Positions 49,700 to 64,000 of a stretch of DNA of 64,000 bases are shown piece by piece. The DNA comes from Chrysomallon squamiferum. Taxonomy: Eukaryota > Animalia > Mollusca. How positions within the stretch are numbered: the first letter of the stretch is position 1; each line of letters opens with the position of its first letter. Below the pieces are notes generated by a model. It made no database searches. It saw only the letters and a program-made list of their open reading frames with translations, and was not told where the DNA came from. The position numbers and the translations under genes are program-made. The stretch is from the NCBI GenBank assembly GCA_012295275.1, contig CM022670.1:25854001-25918000 (forward strand), written 5' to 3'.

Positions 49700-50782
49700 A
49701 GTTGGTGTGTGAGTGCATGTGTGTGAGTGCGTGTGTGTGTGAGTGTTTGTGTGTGTGAGTGCGTGTGTGTGTGTGTGTGTGCATATGGGTAGGTGTCAGA
49801 TATAATGATAACTATTCCAATCAGTCTGGTTTGAACATGTATGTAATTTCCTACCATGAAAAAAGATCTTTTGCTCTTAATGGAAAAGCAATTTCCAGAA
49901 TGATGTCAGCAGGTTGCCTCTCTATTATAATCATTAAAAAGTGCACCATTACTGATATTAAACAATGTGGAGACATCTTTAATTAAAAAAATAATAAATA
50001 CATTTATCTATATATATTTGATATGACACCATGTTAATATTAAAATGTGCTTGAAGTACTGATCAACAAAGATTTATTCATTCTAACTGACATTATTAAC
50101 CATAAATATTAAAATCTTAGAATTATTATATATTAACATATACTGAGATGTTGTTTAATAAATATCCATCACTTATTTACTCATATGCTGAAATTATTCT
50201 AAGCAATTATATATGCATTAATTCATGGATGCATGTGCAAGGCAGCAAACAAACATCAGTTGTTAAAATATTATTCAGGGTGTGTAGACAAATATTCTTT
50301 CATTCACTTACAGATATTCCATTTAGTTTGGATAATACCTTAGAGCTGCAGTCATTACTAACTATCCATAAATACCATAATATTTATACTTACTGCACTT
50401 CTGAAATAGCCACACAGTCATCAGAAGACAGTTCAGATTTTCTAGTTTCCTCACAGATCTCTTCAACCGCACTTTGCTGCTAAAGACCAATGACAAAATC
50501 CTCTAAAACTGGGAACATATAAAATTCTAGAGATTTTTCAAGCTCTGTGAAATTGCCTCCACTCTGGGTGTTTCCAGCTGGCATGAAGAAAGTACAATAA
50601 AACTAATGAACTAGCTGTGTTGTGAGAAATCCTCCATCAGAACCGTCTACTTGAGTAGGTTCCCTACACAATTTTAGTGTTCTTCACAGTGACTGAGCTG
50701 TACGTTTCTAAAATCAATATGCACTGTTGTGCTGTGTGGTTTAGGTAAAAGTGCTTGACATCCAAACAGATCGGTGTGAATT

Positions 50783-51000
50783 GCACATCAGCACAAATGA
50801 AAATATATGTATATGTATGTATTTATATATATACATATATATATATAAATCACATCAGCACTAATGAAAATATATGTATATGTATGTATTTATATATATA
50901 TATATAAATCAGCACATCAGCACTAATGAAAATATATGTATATGTATGTATTTATATATATATATATAAATCAGCACATCAGCACAAATGAAAGTATATA
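50783..51000. repeat. ~62-bp tandem repeat (about 3.5 units) with an internal (TA)n tract
   Basis: cacatcagcac(a/t)aatgaaaatatatgtatatgtatgtatttatatata... repeated. Confidence 0.9.
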
Positions 51001-51215
51001 TGTGTGTGTATGTATGATGTATTAAAATGTATGTATATTTTATAGTTGTGTACAGCAATAATTCCAAGTGATTCTGTGGTCTATGATTGACATTACAATT
51101 TCACATATTAAGAAATATATCCAAAATTAAAATTAATAAAAAAAAACATTTTATTTTATTTATTTTTGGCAAACTGTTATTAAATGCTGAAGATAAACTT
51201 GAATTTTGTGCTGTA

Positions 51216-51303
<88 letters not shown>

Positions 51304-51789
51304 ACTCGGTACATTATTACATATATCTTCTTCATTCTATTTCTATATGACATATATAATTATTTACAATACACAAATAGCTAATAAAAACTGGAAAGCT
51401 TCAATTTCATGTTAGGCTTTGTAAAGAAACAAATAACATCATTAATAATGTATAAACATATCATTCAACTGTTGTTCTTTTGTACTGGCAAGTTTTCGAG
51501 TTTTTTAAGTTAAAAGAAATTTATATAACAATCTGTAACAGAATCAAATTCAAAAATGTTAAAATGTCAGAAGAATTTAAATAATAAATAAATGAAAACA
51601 GCCTACTCGTATGCCAGTGATCAAAATTTGAAAGTGAACGAGAGGAACTGTGATAAAATATGCACATAGAAGACAAACAATTAACAGAAGCTGGCACCAG
51701 TAACTGAATAATGGAGAGAATGGGTCAAAAACTGTGTTTCAGAGCACAATTAAAAAAATTATTATCATAATCTAGTTTGAATAGTTCGC

Positions 51790-51970
51790 TGCAGTTCAGT
51801 GTTACTGTGCTGGCCTGAAGCATGAAAGATCACTGGATCAATTCCCTTACCATGCCTTTGAGATGTTTCTTTTTTAGCCAGTATGATATGACAATCAATC
51901 AAAGGCTATGGTATGCATATTCCAGTGTATGGGAAGGTATATATAAAAGAATGGTGACAGTGGTTTTCAT
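51790..51970 (+). mobile_element. Degenerate tRNA-derived SINE-like relic
   Basis: gttcagtg..ggatcaattccc head (A/B-box-like); core caaaggctatggtatg..tgggaaggtatatataaaaga. Confidence 0.55.
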
Positions 51971-52054
51971 CATTATATTATGATATAGACTTAATACAGA
52001 CAATATTAAAAAATTTTGCTGGTTCAAATTGTATACTCTTTCTTTCTTTCTTTT

Positions 52055-52093
<39 letters not shown>

Positions 52094-52795
52094 AAATTTG
52101 ATACCACTAAAACATTAAACCATGAAATAAAAGAAACATTCCAAATTATACTTTTTAAAAATAATTATGAATTATTCATTTAATTAAGTAAAAATTAGAA
52201 AAGCAAAACTTGAGAAAGACACAAATTAGATTTGTTTAAAACATTCAGAATTTATTTATGAGTTCATTTATGCAATCTGTAATTATCTTTAGGTAAATGA
52301 ATCTCTAATTCTTTATTAATTATTTATCTACTGCAGTCACATACTTTTCTTGATTACCTGTTCATTACTTTTTAACAAGTCTACAGTTACAGAATAAATG
52401 CATGCAGCATTTGAAATGTTGCTGGAAGTCTTGACTGCATCATGTCAATTTTGCTCTATTACTTTCTCAGAATTGCTAATAGTCTTAATCAAAACAGCAA
52501 TGACATACTGCACTGGCTATCAAGCATTGCATTCTAGGTAAAAGAACTGAAAAGAAGAATGCAACTGAAATTACAGATTTGTGAAAATAATTAATTTTCA
52601 TGAACCAGATCGTTCTTTATTCTTTTTCTTATTCACATATAGCTGTATGGGTATATAAATATATGTATTATTTATGAATGCTGCTGCTGTCTGCTTCTTT
52701 ACATATGTATATTCATATGAATTTATGTGTTTAGAAATCACTTTAGCTTCAGCCACGGATAGCCAGACAATAATAAGTCTGAAGTGTAAAATCAG

Positions 52796-53031
52796 ACAGC
52801 TAATACCAAGGAGACCAAGTTTATGAAGCCATATACATCAGTACAAAAGCTCAAACCACCATGGTCAGTCGATTTAGAGGTGTAGATTTAGAGTCCAGTG
52901 GAAAGAGCTTTAATAATGTATTGTTCATAGCACACTGGACACAAACAGTAAATGGCTGCCACAGACAGGTCATTTCAGGTTGCTTCTCTGAAGTAAAGAA
53001 ATGACATACAAGAGATTTGTTAAATGTTAAT
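52796..53031. repeat. Copy 1 of a ~235-bp dispersed direct repeat (copy 2 at 57630-57864)
   Basis: The ~205-bp core ttatgaagccatatacatcag...gttaaatgttaat is near-identical in both copies (2 substitutions seen). Confidence 0.92.
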
Positions 53032-53479
53032 AGCCTCAATAAAAATGTATTTGATGGTTTTAGGTTCTCTGTATAATGGGGGAATATATTGTATGTGGAT
53101 TTTCTGTAACTCACATACTGCTGAAAATTGTGACATATATCATGTTGAAAGTGATACAAACTGAATTAGAAGTGATCTGTTAACAATGATTATTATATTT
53201 GGGAAGTAATAGAGGGTTTTCTTGTGCTGTTCATTCATAACTAGAAGGAGTTTAATTATATATACTTAACACAAAGTATTAGTTCCATTCAGTCCCAGGC
53301 TGTTTTATGAAAGACTCTGGTATATTTTTTTACCTGTTTATGAGAAGGTACATTTAAAATATCCTTTAAGCAAATATATAGTATGATAATGTAATATAAT
53401 CAAAATATATGTTATTATCACAGGCCTTTCATGAGTATATATTAGCAAATAATTGAGTTTACTTATACTCCTGATTGAA

Positions 53480-53675
53480 GTCAGCAGTTACAGCTCTTGC
53501 CTAAACAAGGAAACAAGATCAATCTTCCTTAGTGGACATTTTGAGTTTTTATTCTGTTCAGTCATTTGTCTATTTTTTAAAGACCTTGGACCATAGCTTC
53601 CTGTTTGTGGGAAGATTTTTAATAAAAGATTCTTTTCTGTCAATCAGTATTGAGAATGATAGCATTGGGTTTCTT
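53480..53675 (+). mobile_element. Degenerate SINE-like relic
   Basis: Shares agatcaat.. and cctgtttgtgggaag..ataaaagat with the other copies. Confidence 0.45.
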
Positions 53676-55298
53676 TTTTCTTGTATTATCACATGACAAA
53701 TAATAATAATAATAATAATATTGTAACACTCATAATGATAATTATAATTATAATAAAAATAAGAATAACAACAACAGTAACAATGGGGATGATGATGATG
53801 ATGATAAACAGGTTTTGACAGTTAAATTCACAGTATGATAATAGCCTTTGGTATGATGGCAGAAGGTTTATAAAATCTGAAGAAAAAAAAAATAATAATA
53901 ATTAATAAATAAATAAAAACACCCCCAAAACATATAAGTTTACCAGTTAATAATTAATTATTAACAGTAAAATAAGTGATGGTGGCTTTAAAAAAATGCA
54001 TCCATGTGTTTGGTGTATCCTCACAGATGGATTGATCCTTCAACCCAAGAGCCAAGAAAAAAGAAGATTTGATTGTTATGTAAATGTAGTTTGAGACTGT
54101 GACTCAAGCCTCTATTAATAATCAATAAATAATTAAAGAAATGCACATCAAAGCATGTTAGATGAATGAAGCTTGATTTGAAGCAAAGTCTTTGTTTCTG
54201 CAGAACAAAAAAACACTTGGCTACGGCAAATCCAGGTTTTTAAAACAGGGAGGTGCTTCAACATGAAATGAGTTCAAGTTACAAAGAAATAAAAATTTCA
54301 AACAGCAAAAGAAAAAAGGGTATTTTGTCCCATGGATGATTATGTACAGCAAATCTTTTAACTTGTATCTTCTTGGATACCACAATCGCTAGATCCTTTT
54401 ACATGTGTAACTTGATTTATTATAAGCGAAGAAAAAAAAAGGATGGATGCTACCACTATGATACATACAATTTTCTAGAAAACCTATATCAGCCAAAAAA
54501 AAAAAAAAGTAAGTCAAAATACTAAAATACCCACAACTTTCTAAAAACAAATTATAAACTAAGGATCAAAACACTAATATACCCCCCTTATATCTGTACA
54601 TCTACATCTTTTAAGCTGAAAATAGTTAAATTATAAACAAAAAAAAAAAAAAACTCCATCAGAAAAGAATTAGGGATGTCAAAACACTAACATATACCCC
54701 TTCTAGATCTGTCCCTATAACGAAACATCCAACGTTTCAGACGAAAAACAGCTAAATTATATAAAACAAGGTAAGTCTAAAATCCAAACAAACACCCCTT
54801 CTAGACCCTCCCTCCTCCTGCAGCAGTATAATAATACTCATGACAAACATCCAGCATACAACAAATTGAGGCTATCCACTTAAGTGATGCTGCAGCTGCC
54901 TGGGTGCTGTGAGAGGATTAAGTTTAAGTCTAATTATCACTTAAATAACAGAGGAACTGGCTTCAAAGTGTTAACAGTGACATGATACCAGTGTAACACA
55001 AGTTGCTGACAATATTAAAACTTTCCTATCTTCTACAACCTGCTCAGCTGTTGATGTATCACTTTTCTTCCTGAGTATTCCCCACCTGATACATACATAA
55101 TTGTGTCTGTGTGAGAATTAAAAAGACAGTGTGTGATGGGATAACAAAAGCCATAGCATGTCACCGTCAAAAGTTCTCAGGGAAGAATTAATTTGTTCTA
55201 AATTAGTTAACATCTTAAAGTAAAGATTTGTTGTTATTGCTATACGAATCTAAATTATATCATTATAAAATTATGAATATGATTATGATTGTTGTTTT

Positions 55299-55348
55299 TA
55301 TTATCATCATTATTATTATTATTATTATTATTATTGTTGTTGTTGTTG

Positions 55349-55402
<54 letters not shown>

Positions 55403-55430
55403 TTTTGTTACTATATTATTATTATTGTTA
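55299..55430. repeat. (ATT)/(GTT) compound trinucleotide microsatellite
   Basis: Directly visible. Confidence 0.92.
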
Positions 55431-55861
55431 GAATATTTTCTTATTCTAAATCTGTTCTATCATTGTTGATGGTTCATCACCATTATAATATCCCATTCAA
55501 TCATTTTGCAGTTATCCAGATCCTTATTAAATCACAGTATATAATTCATCTATAATATCATAAGCCAGAGACATTGTTGTTCTGTACTGTGTATGTTCTC
55601 AAAAATAAATTTATTCAGAGTTTTCTTGAGCAGTAGTGTAACACTTTTGAATAATTATCAAAAGTCTGGTGAGGATCATTCTTTTACATTAGAAGAAACT
55701 AAATTATATCATATCATTGATCCATGCTATGACAATGATATACAATGATATATTATTATTATTGCTATCTTTAGCCATTCTATAACACATCTCCATAACT
55801 ATTGTTATAAATTCAACACATATTAAACTCAAAGCAATCAACAAATATTTAAGGAACAGTA

Positions 55862-55909
<48 letters not shown>

Positions 55910-56363
55910 AAACCTGGACAAAATGTAAACCAGTGTAAAATGTCAGACTCCATTAGGAAGTTAATTTTTGTGCTTGTCCTGATCAGTAACCAAGACAAAT
56001 GCATTACTCCACTAATCTCACTGATCCACTAACATGCTTTTCAAGGAGAGACAAACCCACTCAGTGTAATGTTTTTAAGTCTGAATAATCCTACATGAGA
56101 CAAATGGATAATCTCTTATTATTCTTGTCTGATGGAAATTAGTTTAAACCAGAGTGGTGCATTATTGCTAATATTGATTCATGGATAACTGAAAATATTC
56201 AGAAAACAAATAAATAAATAAATAAATAATGAACTGTAATTAACCAAACTATTGATTCAATAACCATAGTCATAAATTTTAAAAAAACCACTGTGGTAAA
56301 AATATATATGCAGTATAAAATGATTGCTTAAGTGAAAATTTCTAATAATGATTTGCCAATGTT

Positions 56364-56451
<88 letters not shown>

Positions 56452-57198
56452 ATATCCTTTTAAACCATATATTTTATATTTATATTTGCTTTAGAATCTT
56501 TTTCTTATTTGTTATTTTTGTGCTTTCTTTTAATTATTATTTAATTTCTATTTAATTATTATTTTTTTACTCAACTTTTCACCAGACTAAAAATGTATAA
56601 CACCAGTAGCCACCACTTCAAAAACATAAAAAAAAATAATAATAAAATAAAAAAAATAAGAAGACAAAGCATAAAAAAGACATCATTAAAAGAAAAAAAA
56701 AGTTGAAAAAAAATGTGCTTTAAAAAACCCAAAGCGAAACCCCCCAAAAAAAAACACATGAAAAAAAACACACCATAAAAACACAAAACACAATTAAACA
56801 GAATTTAATAAAATTATCCCATCTCCAGTGAAGGATGATCAAATGTAGCATGCCTGACAAATGATCAAATGCTAACACTGTGGAAATCTCCCGACAAATA
56901 AACTCTTTTGATCTCACTGATAATGACAAAATGAGGTCATGCTCAGCATGCGCATGCACAGACTCCCTTGGTACGCTGGTAATTATCGTTGTCGAAAAAG
57001 TCTATTCCTCCTGAGGCCCACTTCACTGTGTGCTTTTTGAATTAGAAGCTTTATCGCAAATTGGATGTGACTAATCCAGGAAGTGTGATATCTGTGTGAT
57101 TTACAATGCAAAAAAGTGACCCAGATCATAATTAACTCTAGTGTATAAATTGCTTTGTGTTTTGTCTAGATATATGTGTACAAATTTTTGTGCAATTC

Positions 57199-57264
<66 letters not shown>

Positions 57265-57321
57265 ATTTATATTCATATCTCAACCCTGTATCTTACCCAG
57301 ACCTAAATGTAGAGATGTACA

Positions 57322-57454
<133 letters not shown>

Positions 57455-57629
57455 ACTAACTCACTAGCACAATAACACTTTTCTTAAACAGACAAGTATT
57501 GACTTCTGTATATACATACTTGCTTAATCCTGTTCATTTGTCGTTTTTAATGGTGGTCAACCAATTGATTTCTCTGGCTTCACTAAATGATGCCCAGACA
57601 CAATGTATCTTTCAAGAGTTGACTCTTGG

Positions 57630-57864
57630 CAGCTAATACTTAGGAGACTGAGATTATGAAGCCATATACATCAGTACAAAAGCTCAAACCACCATGGTCA
57701 GCCGATTTAGAGGTGGAGATTTAGAGTCCAGTGGAAAGAGCTTTAATAATGTATTGTTCATAGCACACTGGACACAAACAGTAAATGGCTGCCACAGACA
57801 GGTCATTTCAGGTTGCTTCTCTGAAGTAAAGAAATGACATACAAGAGATTTGTTAAATGTTAAT
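57630..57864. repeat. Copy 2 of the ~235-bp dispersed direct repeat
   Basis: See 52796-53031. Confidence 0.92.
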
Positions 57865-58886
57865 GGATTCAGAATAAACTGTTTGTGGGTTAAGTGTTTC
57901 TGTTCACATACAATAAATCTATTTGCATCGTGGACAGTCTTTGGACATAATAAAATCAATTAAGTTGAAAGATATTACCAAGGGATTGGATGAAGACATG
58001 ACAAATTTGGTTTCACACAAATGTTATTTGTGTTTCGTTTCTCAGAACTCTACGATTAACCCACTTATTTTGATTTTCCTTTTTTTTTTCTTGCCCCAGT
58101 TTTTTCAAATTCACTTATCCTGGAGGGTTCTTCCCTCTCACATTCTCTAAATGATTTCTTATTCATACACAAAAATGTCCTTGTACTAAAATATTAATCT
58201 TAAAAAATAAAATAAGAATGACGTTACTGTTGAGATTTTGGATTTCGATATACAAAAATGGAGCACACATTAGAATGGTAAAAACAAAGTATGAACATAC
58301 AGCACTTTACATTTGGACCACTTTTATTCTATATTTCATTTGAAGAAAATAAATAAATACATTCAGCAAAATTCATTTGACAGAATTTAAATTGCTACCA
58401 ATTACATTATCATGGCCAATTGCATCTCTCCCTATTAAATAATGTGCTGATGCGAGTGTGTGATTTTAATAGCCATCAATTCTCATACCAAAAAAAAAAA
58501 AAAAAAAACAATTTATATGTTTCTGCAGCAGGCATGACCCATTGTTATTCTGCATTCTGAAATGTGACACCATGTGAAAAATAAATAGCTATAACTGAAT
58601 CGATATTTTCTGGTGACCAGAATGTAAAATTAATACGACTGAGAGCAGGAAAATGATGATGGCTGCAGAAAATAATATGTCTGATGAGAGACCATTACAA
58701 TGTTTTGTCAGCATCCATCTTGATAGTGCTTGAGATGCATTAATCTGGTTTGGGTCGCAGTAGTGCATTTGGTACATTTGTTATTGCTTATTTATTTGTT
58801 ATTTAAATTAAATTTAATTTATTTGTTATTTAAATTAAATTAATTTATTTATTTTCATATTTATTTATTAAGTAAGTTAATTTATT

Positions 58887-58933
<47 letters not shown>

Positions 58934-60029
58934 TTATTTTTATTTTTATTTCCTTATTTATGTTTTTATTCATTTATTTGTTTTTTAGTTTGCTTATTTA
59001 TTTGTTCATTTATTTATTTATTTATATATCTATGGAAAATAATATGTGTGGGTAGAGTCATTACCTTTTGCAATGGTTTGTTGGCACCTATTATGAAAGA
59101 ATCCATACTGCTTTAATTTGATTTCTTTTGCAATAGTATATTTGGTTTTATTTATTTATTTATGTATTTATTTATTTATGGACAGTAATAAGTCTTGTGA
59201 GAGATCATTGCAATGTTTTGTCTGTCTCTATTATGTTAGCTTCCACTCTGCATTCATTTGATTTGTTTTGCAGCAAAATGATATTATTTATTTACTAGTA
59301 TTTATTTATCTTACATCATTTCTTTGCTTTTTTAAATAATGATTTATTTGCCTATTTACATTATTTTTTTAATGTAGTTATTAATGTACCTAATTTTTTA
59401 CCTGTTTATTATACTAATTAATATTATCATTCTTTATTTATTAATTTATTTATTTATTTATTTGTTTATTTAATCATTATTTTATTCTTCATTTGTATAT
59501 ATTTGTTTCATTTTTATTTTTTATTTATTTATTTTGTCCATTCTTTTTTAAATACACTAAGCTGATAAGACTTAAAGATTAAAAAAAAAAAAAAAAGAAA
59601 AGCCGACAGTGATGGTAATATTTGCAGATGATTTTTTTTATTTTTTTTTTTTATTTGATTTTTTATCCTAAAACAGACATTATTTCTTGTACTTTACAAA
59701 TGAAAATGTTACTTTTGAGACACTTTATGAAAAGACTGGGAATATTCTTATCACAGTAACCACAAAAAATCAATAGAGTCGCCTCCCCCTGGGGAGTGGA
59801 GCTTTGGACACATAATGGACTTGACCCTAGCAGTTCAGCTAAATGTCAGTTTGAGAGAAGATTGCTGATAGCACACAAACGATACATTTATAATTCTTGT
59901 TTCAGCAGCTGTAATCTCTCTCATAAACAGACTTTACACAGTGGAATTTTCTATCTGTTCATCTCTGCGAAAAAAAAATGTATCAAAATGTTAATTCTAA
60001 TCTCCTCATTTTTCACTAGCACATCACTG

Positions 60030-60350
60030 AGGCCCAGTGGTTAGAGCATTCTTGTGTTGTCAATAGTTTGCAGTGGGATAACCATTTATTTGTATTCTTT
60101 CTTCATTAAGTTTGTAAAGTTTGCTGGGTAGAGTAGTGACATTAAATATGAAGAACATTTTACTGACATTACCATTTTATTTATTTTTGTTCCATTCCAG
60201 TCAGTACTCCAAAATGTTTTTTTATTATTTTTTTTTTTTTTATTATTTCACCAAAAGGCTTGGAAAGATTTTTTCTGTCTATGAGAAGGTCCATATAAAA
60301 GACTTGTTGTTAGTAAATAATAAGAATAACCTATGAAACAGGTTACCTCT
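60030..60350 (+). mobile_element. Degenerate tRNA-derived SINE-like relic
   Basis: ggcccagtggttagagc (A-box-like) head; ttccagtcagtactcca..aaaggc..ctgtctatgagaaggtccatataaaagac core. Confidence 0.55.
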
Positions 60351-61484
60351 TTCATATAGTAATCATATAAAATAATAAAAATATTACCTAATAAGCATTA
60401 ATATTAAGATGTGATGAGTGCATTTAAAAAAACAAGATAGTTCCAAGATCAATTCTGCTAGAATATCCTTTGTGTGCTTTACTTCTCCAAGAAGTGTTAT
60501 TCTAATATTTTCCATGAACCTAGTTCTTTGTGTGCATGAGTATATATGTCTGTGTATAACTGTATTTGCATGTAAGTGTCAGTGTGTTTAATTGTATGTC
60601 TGCATATGTTTATGCGAGTGTTCAGGCATGTGTGAAATTGTGTGTGTTTTTTATTTTACTTTGTTTTATACACCCTTAACAAAAAGTGTTTCAAAACTTT
60701 TCTATTGTCTGAAGATTATGGCTCCCAGTTACGTGCCTGAAACTGTTATTATAGACAGGTGTTGGACAGAAACATGAATGATTATAACTGTTAGAGTGTT
60801 GAATAATTAATAACAAAAATCTTTAACAGCATCTTAAAATGATTAGATAGAAAGACAAGACACATAATTAGTGCTAGTATGTTACAAAACTGGAGAAAAC
60901 AGATGACGTAACTTTCAGTGCCAATCAATTAAAGACCAGAAAAAAGAAATGCTCTTATGCACCACAATTTAGAATTCTAAGTTGAATCCCAACGTGAACC
61001 CACAACCTATTTGTTATAAAGCCTACAGCTAGCTAGCTAATCAATCACTGCACTTTTCAATCCATGTCCAATTTGGAATTCCAAATATCAGCCAGTGCAG
61101 CAAGGCATTGTTCACCTCAATTACTACAACACTGATTTGAAAGTGTCGCTTCTCAACACAAGTGTTTATTTCACTGAAGGTTTGCTCATCTTACAGCATT
61201 AGACGTGCTAGTCACAGAGACATGGAAATGAAATTTCCTCCCTGGTCATGAACTCTGCTTCTGCAGCGATCACACAGAAATTGAGAAAGTGAAAATAACG
61301 CAATCTTAGAAGAATTTCATTTTTTTTGTGTAGAGCATGAGGTGTTGATATAGTGTGTGTGTGTAATGACTGAAATTAGAAAATAAGAAGATTGCACTGC
61401 AGCCGGCAATGTGTATAGTTGTGCATAGAGATATACATACATAGAAACATACACACCATAATCCCATGTTTGGATTTTGTATAG

Positions 61485-61540
<56 letters not shown>

Positions 61541-61714
61541 TGGGTGTGGTGTGTGTGGGTGTGGGTGTGTATGTGTGTGTGGGTGGGTGGGTGGGTGGGT
61601 GTGTGGGTGTGGGTGTGTAGATTGATATAATGATAGATAGATGGTCAGATAGACAGATAGACAATAGACAGATTGATAGAGAGATAGATAGATGGATTGA
61701 CAGATGGATGGATG

Positions 61715-61753
<39 letters not shown>

Positions 61754-62664
61754 TTAGAACTCAAATTACAACTCCATTTTTAACCATGTTTTTATGTGTG
61801 TTTATTCAGTTTTATATATGTTGAATATATGTCTGTGTGTATGTATATGTTTGTATGTATGTCTGTGTGTAAAGTGTGTGTGTGTGTGTGTTCACATACC
61901 TGTGAGTTATGTTTTTATCTGTATTTAAGGCAATAGGATGTATGTAATTATGTACACAAATAGATTTATACATCTACATACATGGGAGTGTTGCACAGAT
62001 GTTTGTAATCTACATTTAATCACCACGTACTAAAACAACTTTACACCCTATCCTGTACCTCAACAAACCTTTTATTGCATTCTTTAGTCTTCATTAAACA
62101 AGGAAATGAAAACACAAACAAGACAGCGACCCAGTGAATTATATTCCTTAACGGTTTAATATACGTCCAACACAACACAATAACTAAATTCTTTCATCAA
62201 AATTCTTTCCTATTTATACTCTCCTTATAAAATGATTAACACCTTTAACAAGTTATTGCAGATGATACAAAACAGCAGGTGTGTATACAAGATGAGTCAG
62301 TGGCTGGCTGGATGCAGTACATAGATGTGTGTTATACAATAACTTTAGAGTTCCATGCAGGTTTATGGCCAATATTACCTGTGTTTAAAACAGATCAACA
62401 CAGTACGCTAACAAATATTTCTTTTCATGTTAAATTATTGTCAAGATCACCTGCTAGTTGTACGCAGTTTTTAATTATGTGAAAAATAATTGTTTAAATT
62501 CCAGCATTTGTGATGTAAATAAAAATAATTTTTGTTTAAACTCTGGCACTTTTTCAGATGTTAGTTATTTTTGGTTTTAGTGGGAATGGGTTTGTTTTTA
62601 CATAAAAAATTTGAAACAGAATTTGCCTGCACATTACAGAAACCTTTTTTTAGTAATAACAATG

Positions 62665-62696
<32 letters not shown>

Positions 62697-64000
62697 GATG
62701 AGGATGAAGTTGATGATAATGATAGTGATGATGATCATGATAACAATAATAATAAAGAATATTTCATCAATGTAGCCCATTAATATTACCCCAGTTGAAA
62801 AAAAAGAAACCCCAAAACAAACAACCCTGTTAACATTTCCTTTCTGTAGTAACTTAGAAAAAATATATATATTTGCATTTCAAACACAGAGCGCCTTTTA
62901 GTCTGAGAATAATTTATCACTTAATACGACTTGAATTCATTTAGCAAGTTTTAATGCGCTGTTATGGAAATTGATGTAGCTGCAAAACCAAAAGCAAGAT
63001 TCAAGGGAATTACATCTACATTGTATATGACCCTGAGGAGCAACCCAGAAAAAGCAGCAGTGTTTGTACATGATCCAACACTCACACAACAACATGTTTT
63101 TACTTTTTCTGGCAGACATATACCATAATGTTCTCTGTTTAGTGTCTCCAGAAGAAATGTTCAACAAACGTTCATAGAACACAGGAAAACAAAACAGTTA
63201 TCATTTTTGTTTCCTGAATGTTTGTAATACAGTACTTCATAATGATTAAAGATTTAAAGTCCAAAGTTGTTTTGCTTTTTTTTCGTTTTTATATAAAACA
63301 TAATTTGGATTTTGTTTCTGTCTTTTTTACAAGAATTTTTATTAATAAAGTAATGAATATTTATTAATTTTAAAATGCCTCAGCACCTAAAATTAATTTA
63401 TTAGATGTCATTATGTTTTCTGGTATAATGAAATTAAAAAAGAAGAATCCCATCACACTCTTTGAGCTACTTTTAATGATTAGCAACACAATATCTTTTA
63501 TACACACCTTCTCATACACAGGAAAACAAATTTCATGGCCATTGTTAAAATAATCAGAATGGGAGGAAGCTTGAATAATGCACTGAGAAGATATGTTTAA
63601 CCAATGAAATATAAATCAATCTACAGAATATGCCTTCCAGTAGACAAGAAAGCACATTTCACGGTCAAAGTTAAAATAATCATGGCAATTGTCTGGAATA
63701 GGAAAAAGACTAAATAATGCAGTGTGAAGAAATGGTCTTATATTTAACCAGTGAACTACAGGCCAATCTGCAGAATGTAGCAAAACATTTTCTCAGTTTG
63801 GAATAACAACAGAGAGACAGGAAAGCACGTCAGAAGCAGTGAGGAATTCTCCTGAGACCAGACTGAATTCTATTACAATTTGTACATTTCACACACAACA
63901 ATTAGACAGGATTCTGCGTGTGAAGTGGTGGCTGACAGGATCAATTCCCAACAGTGCTAGATCAGTTTCCCTTGCATGCAACACGAGCTGAATAATTTAT

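Noticed and set aside
56940-57090. NRF1-like palindrome GCATGCGCATGC and ETS-like CAGGAAGTG as a promoter
   Set aside because: Isolated motifs with no linked exon; insufficient support.

Overview
AT-rich, microsatellite-rich animal DNA with spliceosomal GT-AG introns, probably a mollusc or other lophotrochozoan (inferred from composition and SINE style). The left half holds two tandem minus-strand paralogues encoding 'tall' class I cytokine receptors (gp130/Domeless type: signal peptide, Ig-like domain, cytokine-binding module with C-x9-C-x-W and a WSxW motif, three FN3 repeats, TM, cytoplasmic tail). Paralogue B (CDS 28246->15472, 16 coding exons, about 1093 aa) is complete and phase-consistent. 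Paralogue A (ATG 7864, 10 coding exons visible) runs off the left edge and carries a 1-nt frameshift in its Ig exon. The most striking element is a ~1.6-kb minisatellite built from B's own Ig exon/intron junction. Each 33-bp unit carries the exon end, a GTAAGT donor and a TAA that is in frame in the first unit; proximal units also carry AATAAA. This suggests a route to a secreted Ig-only form. The right half (about 28.3-64 kb) is non-coding: candidate 5'UTR exons and promoter of B, SINE and MITE relics, local duplications and microsatellites. All gene models were read by hand, with no database searches.
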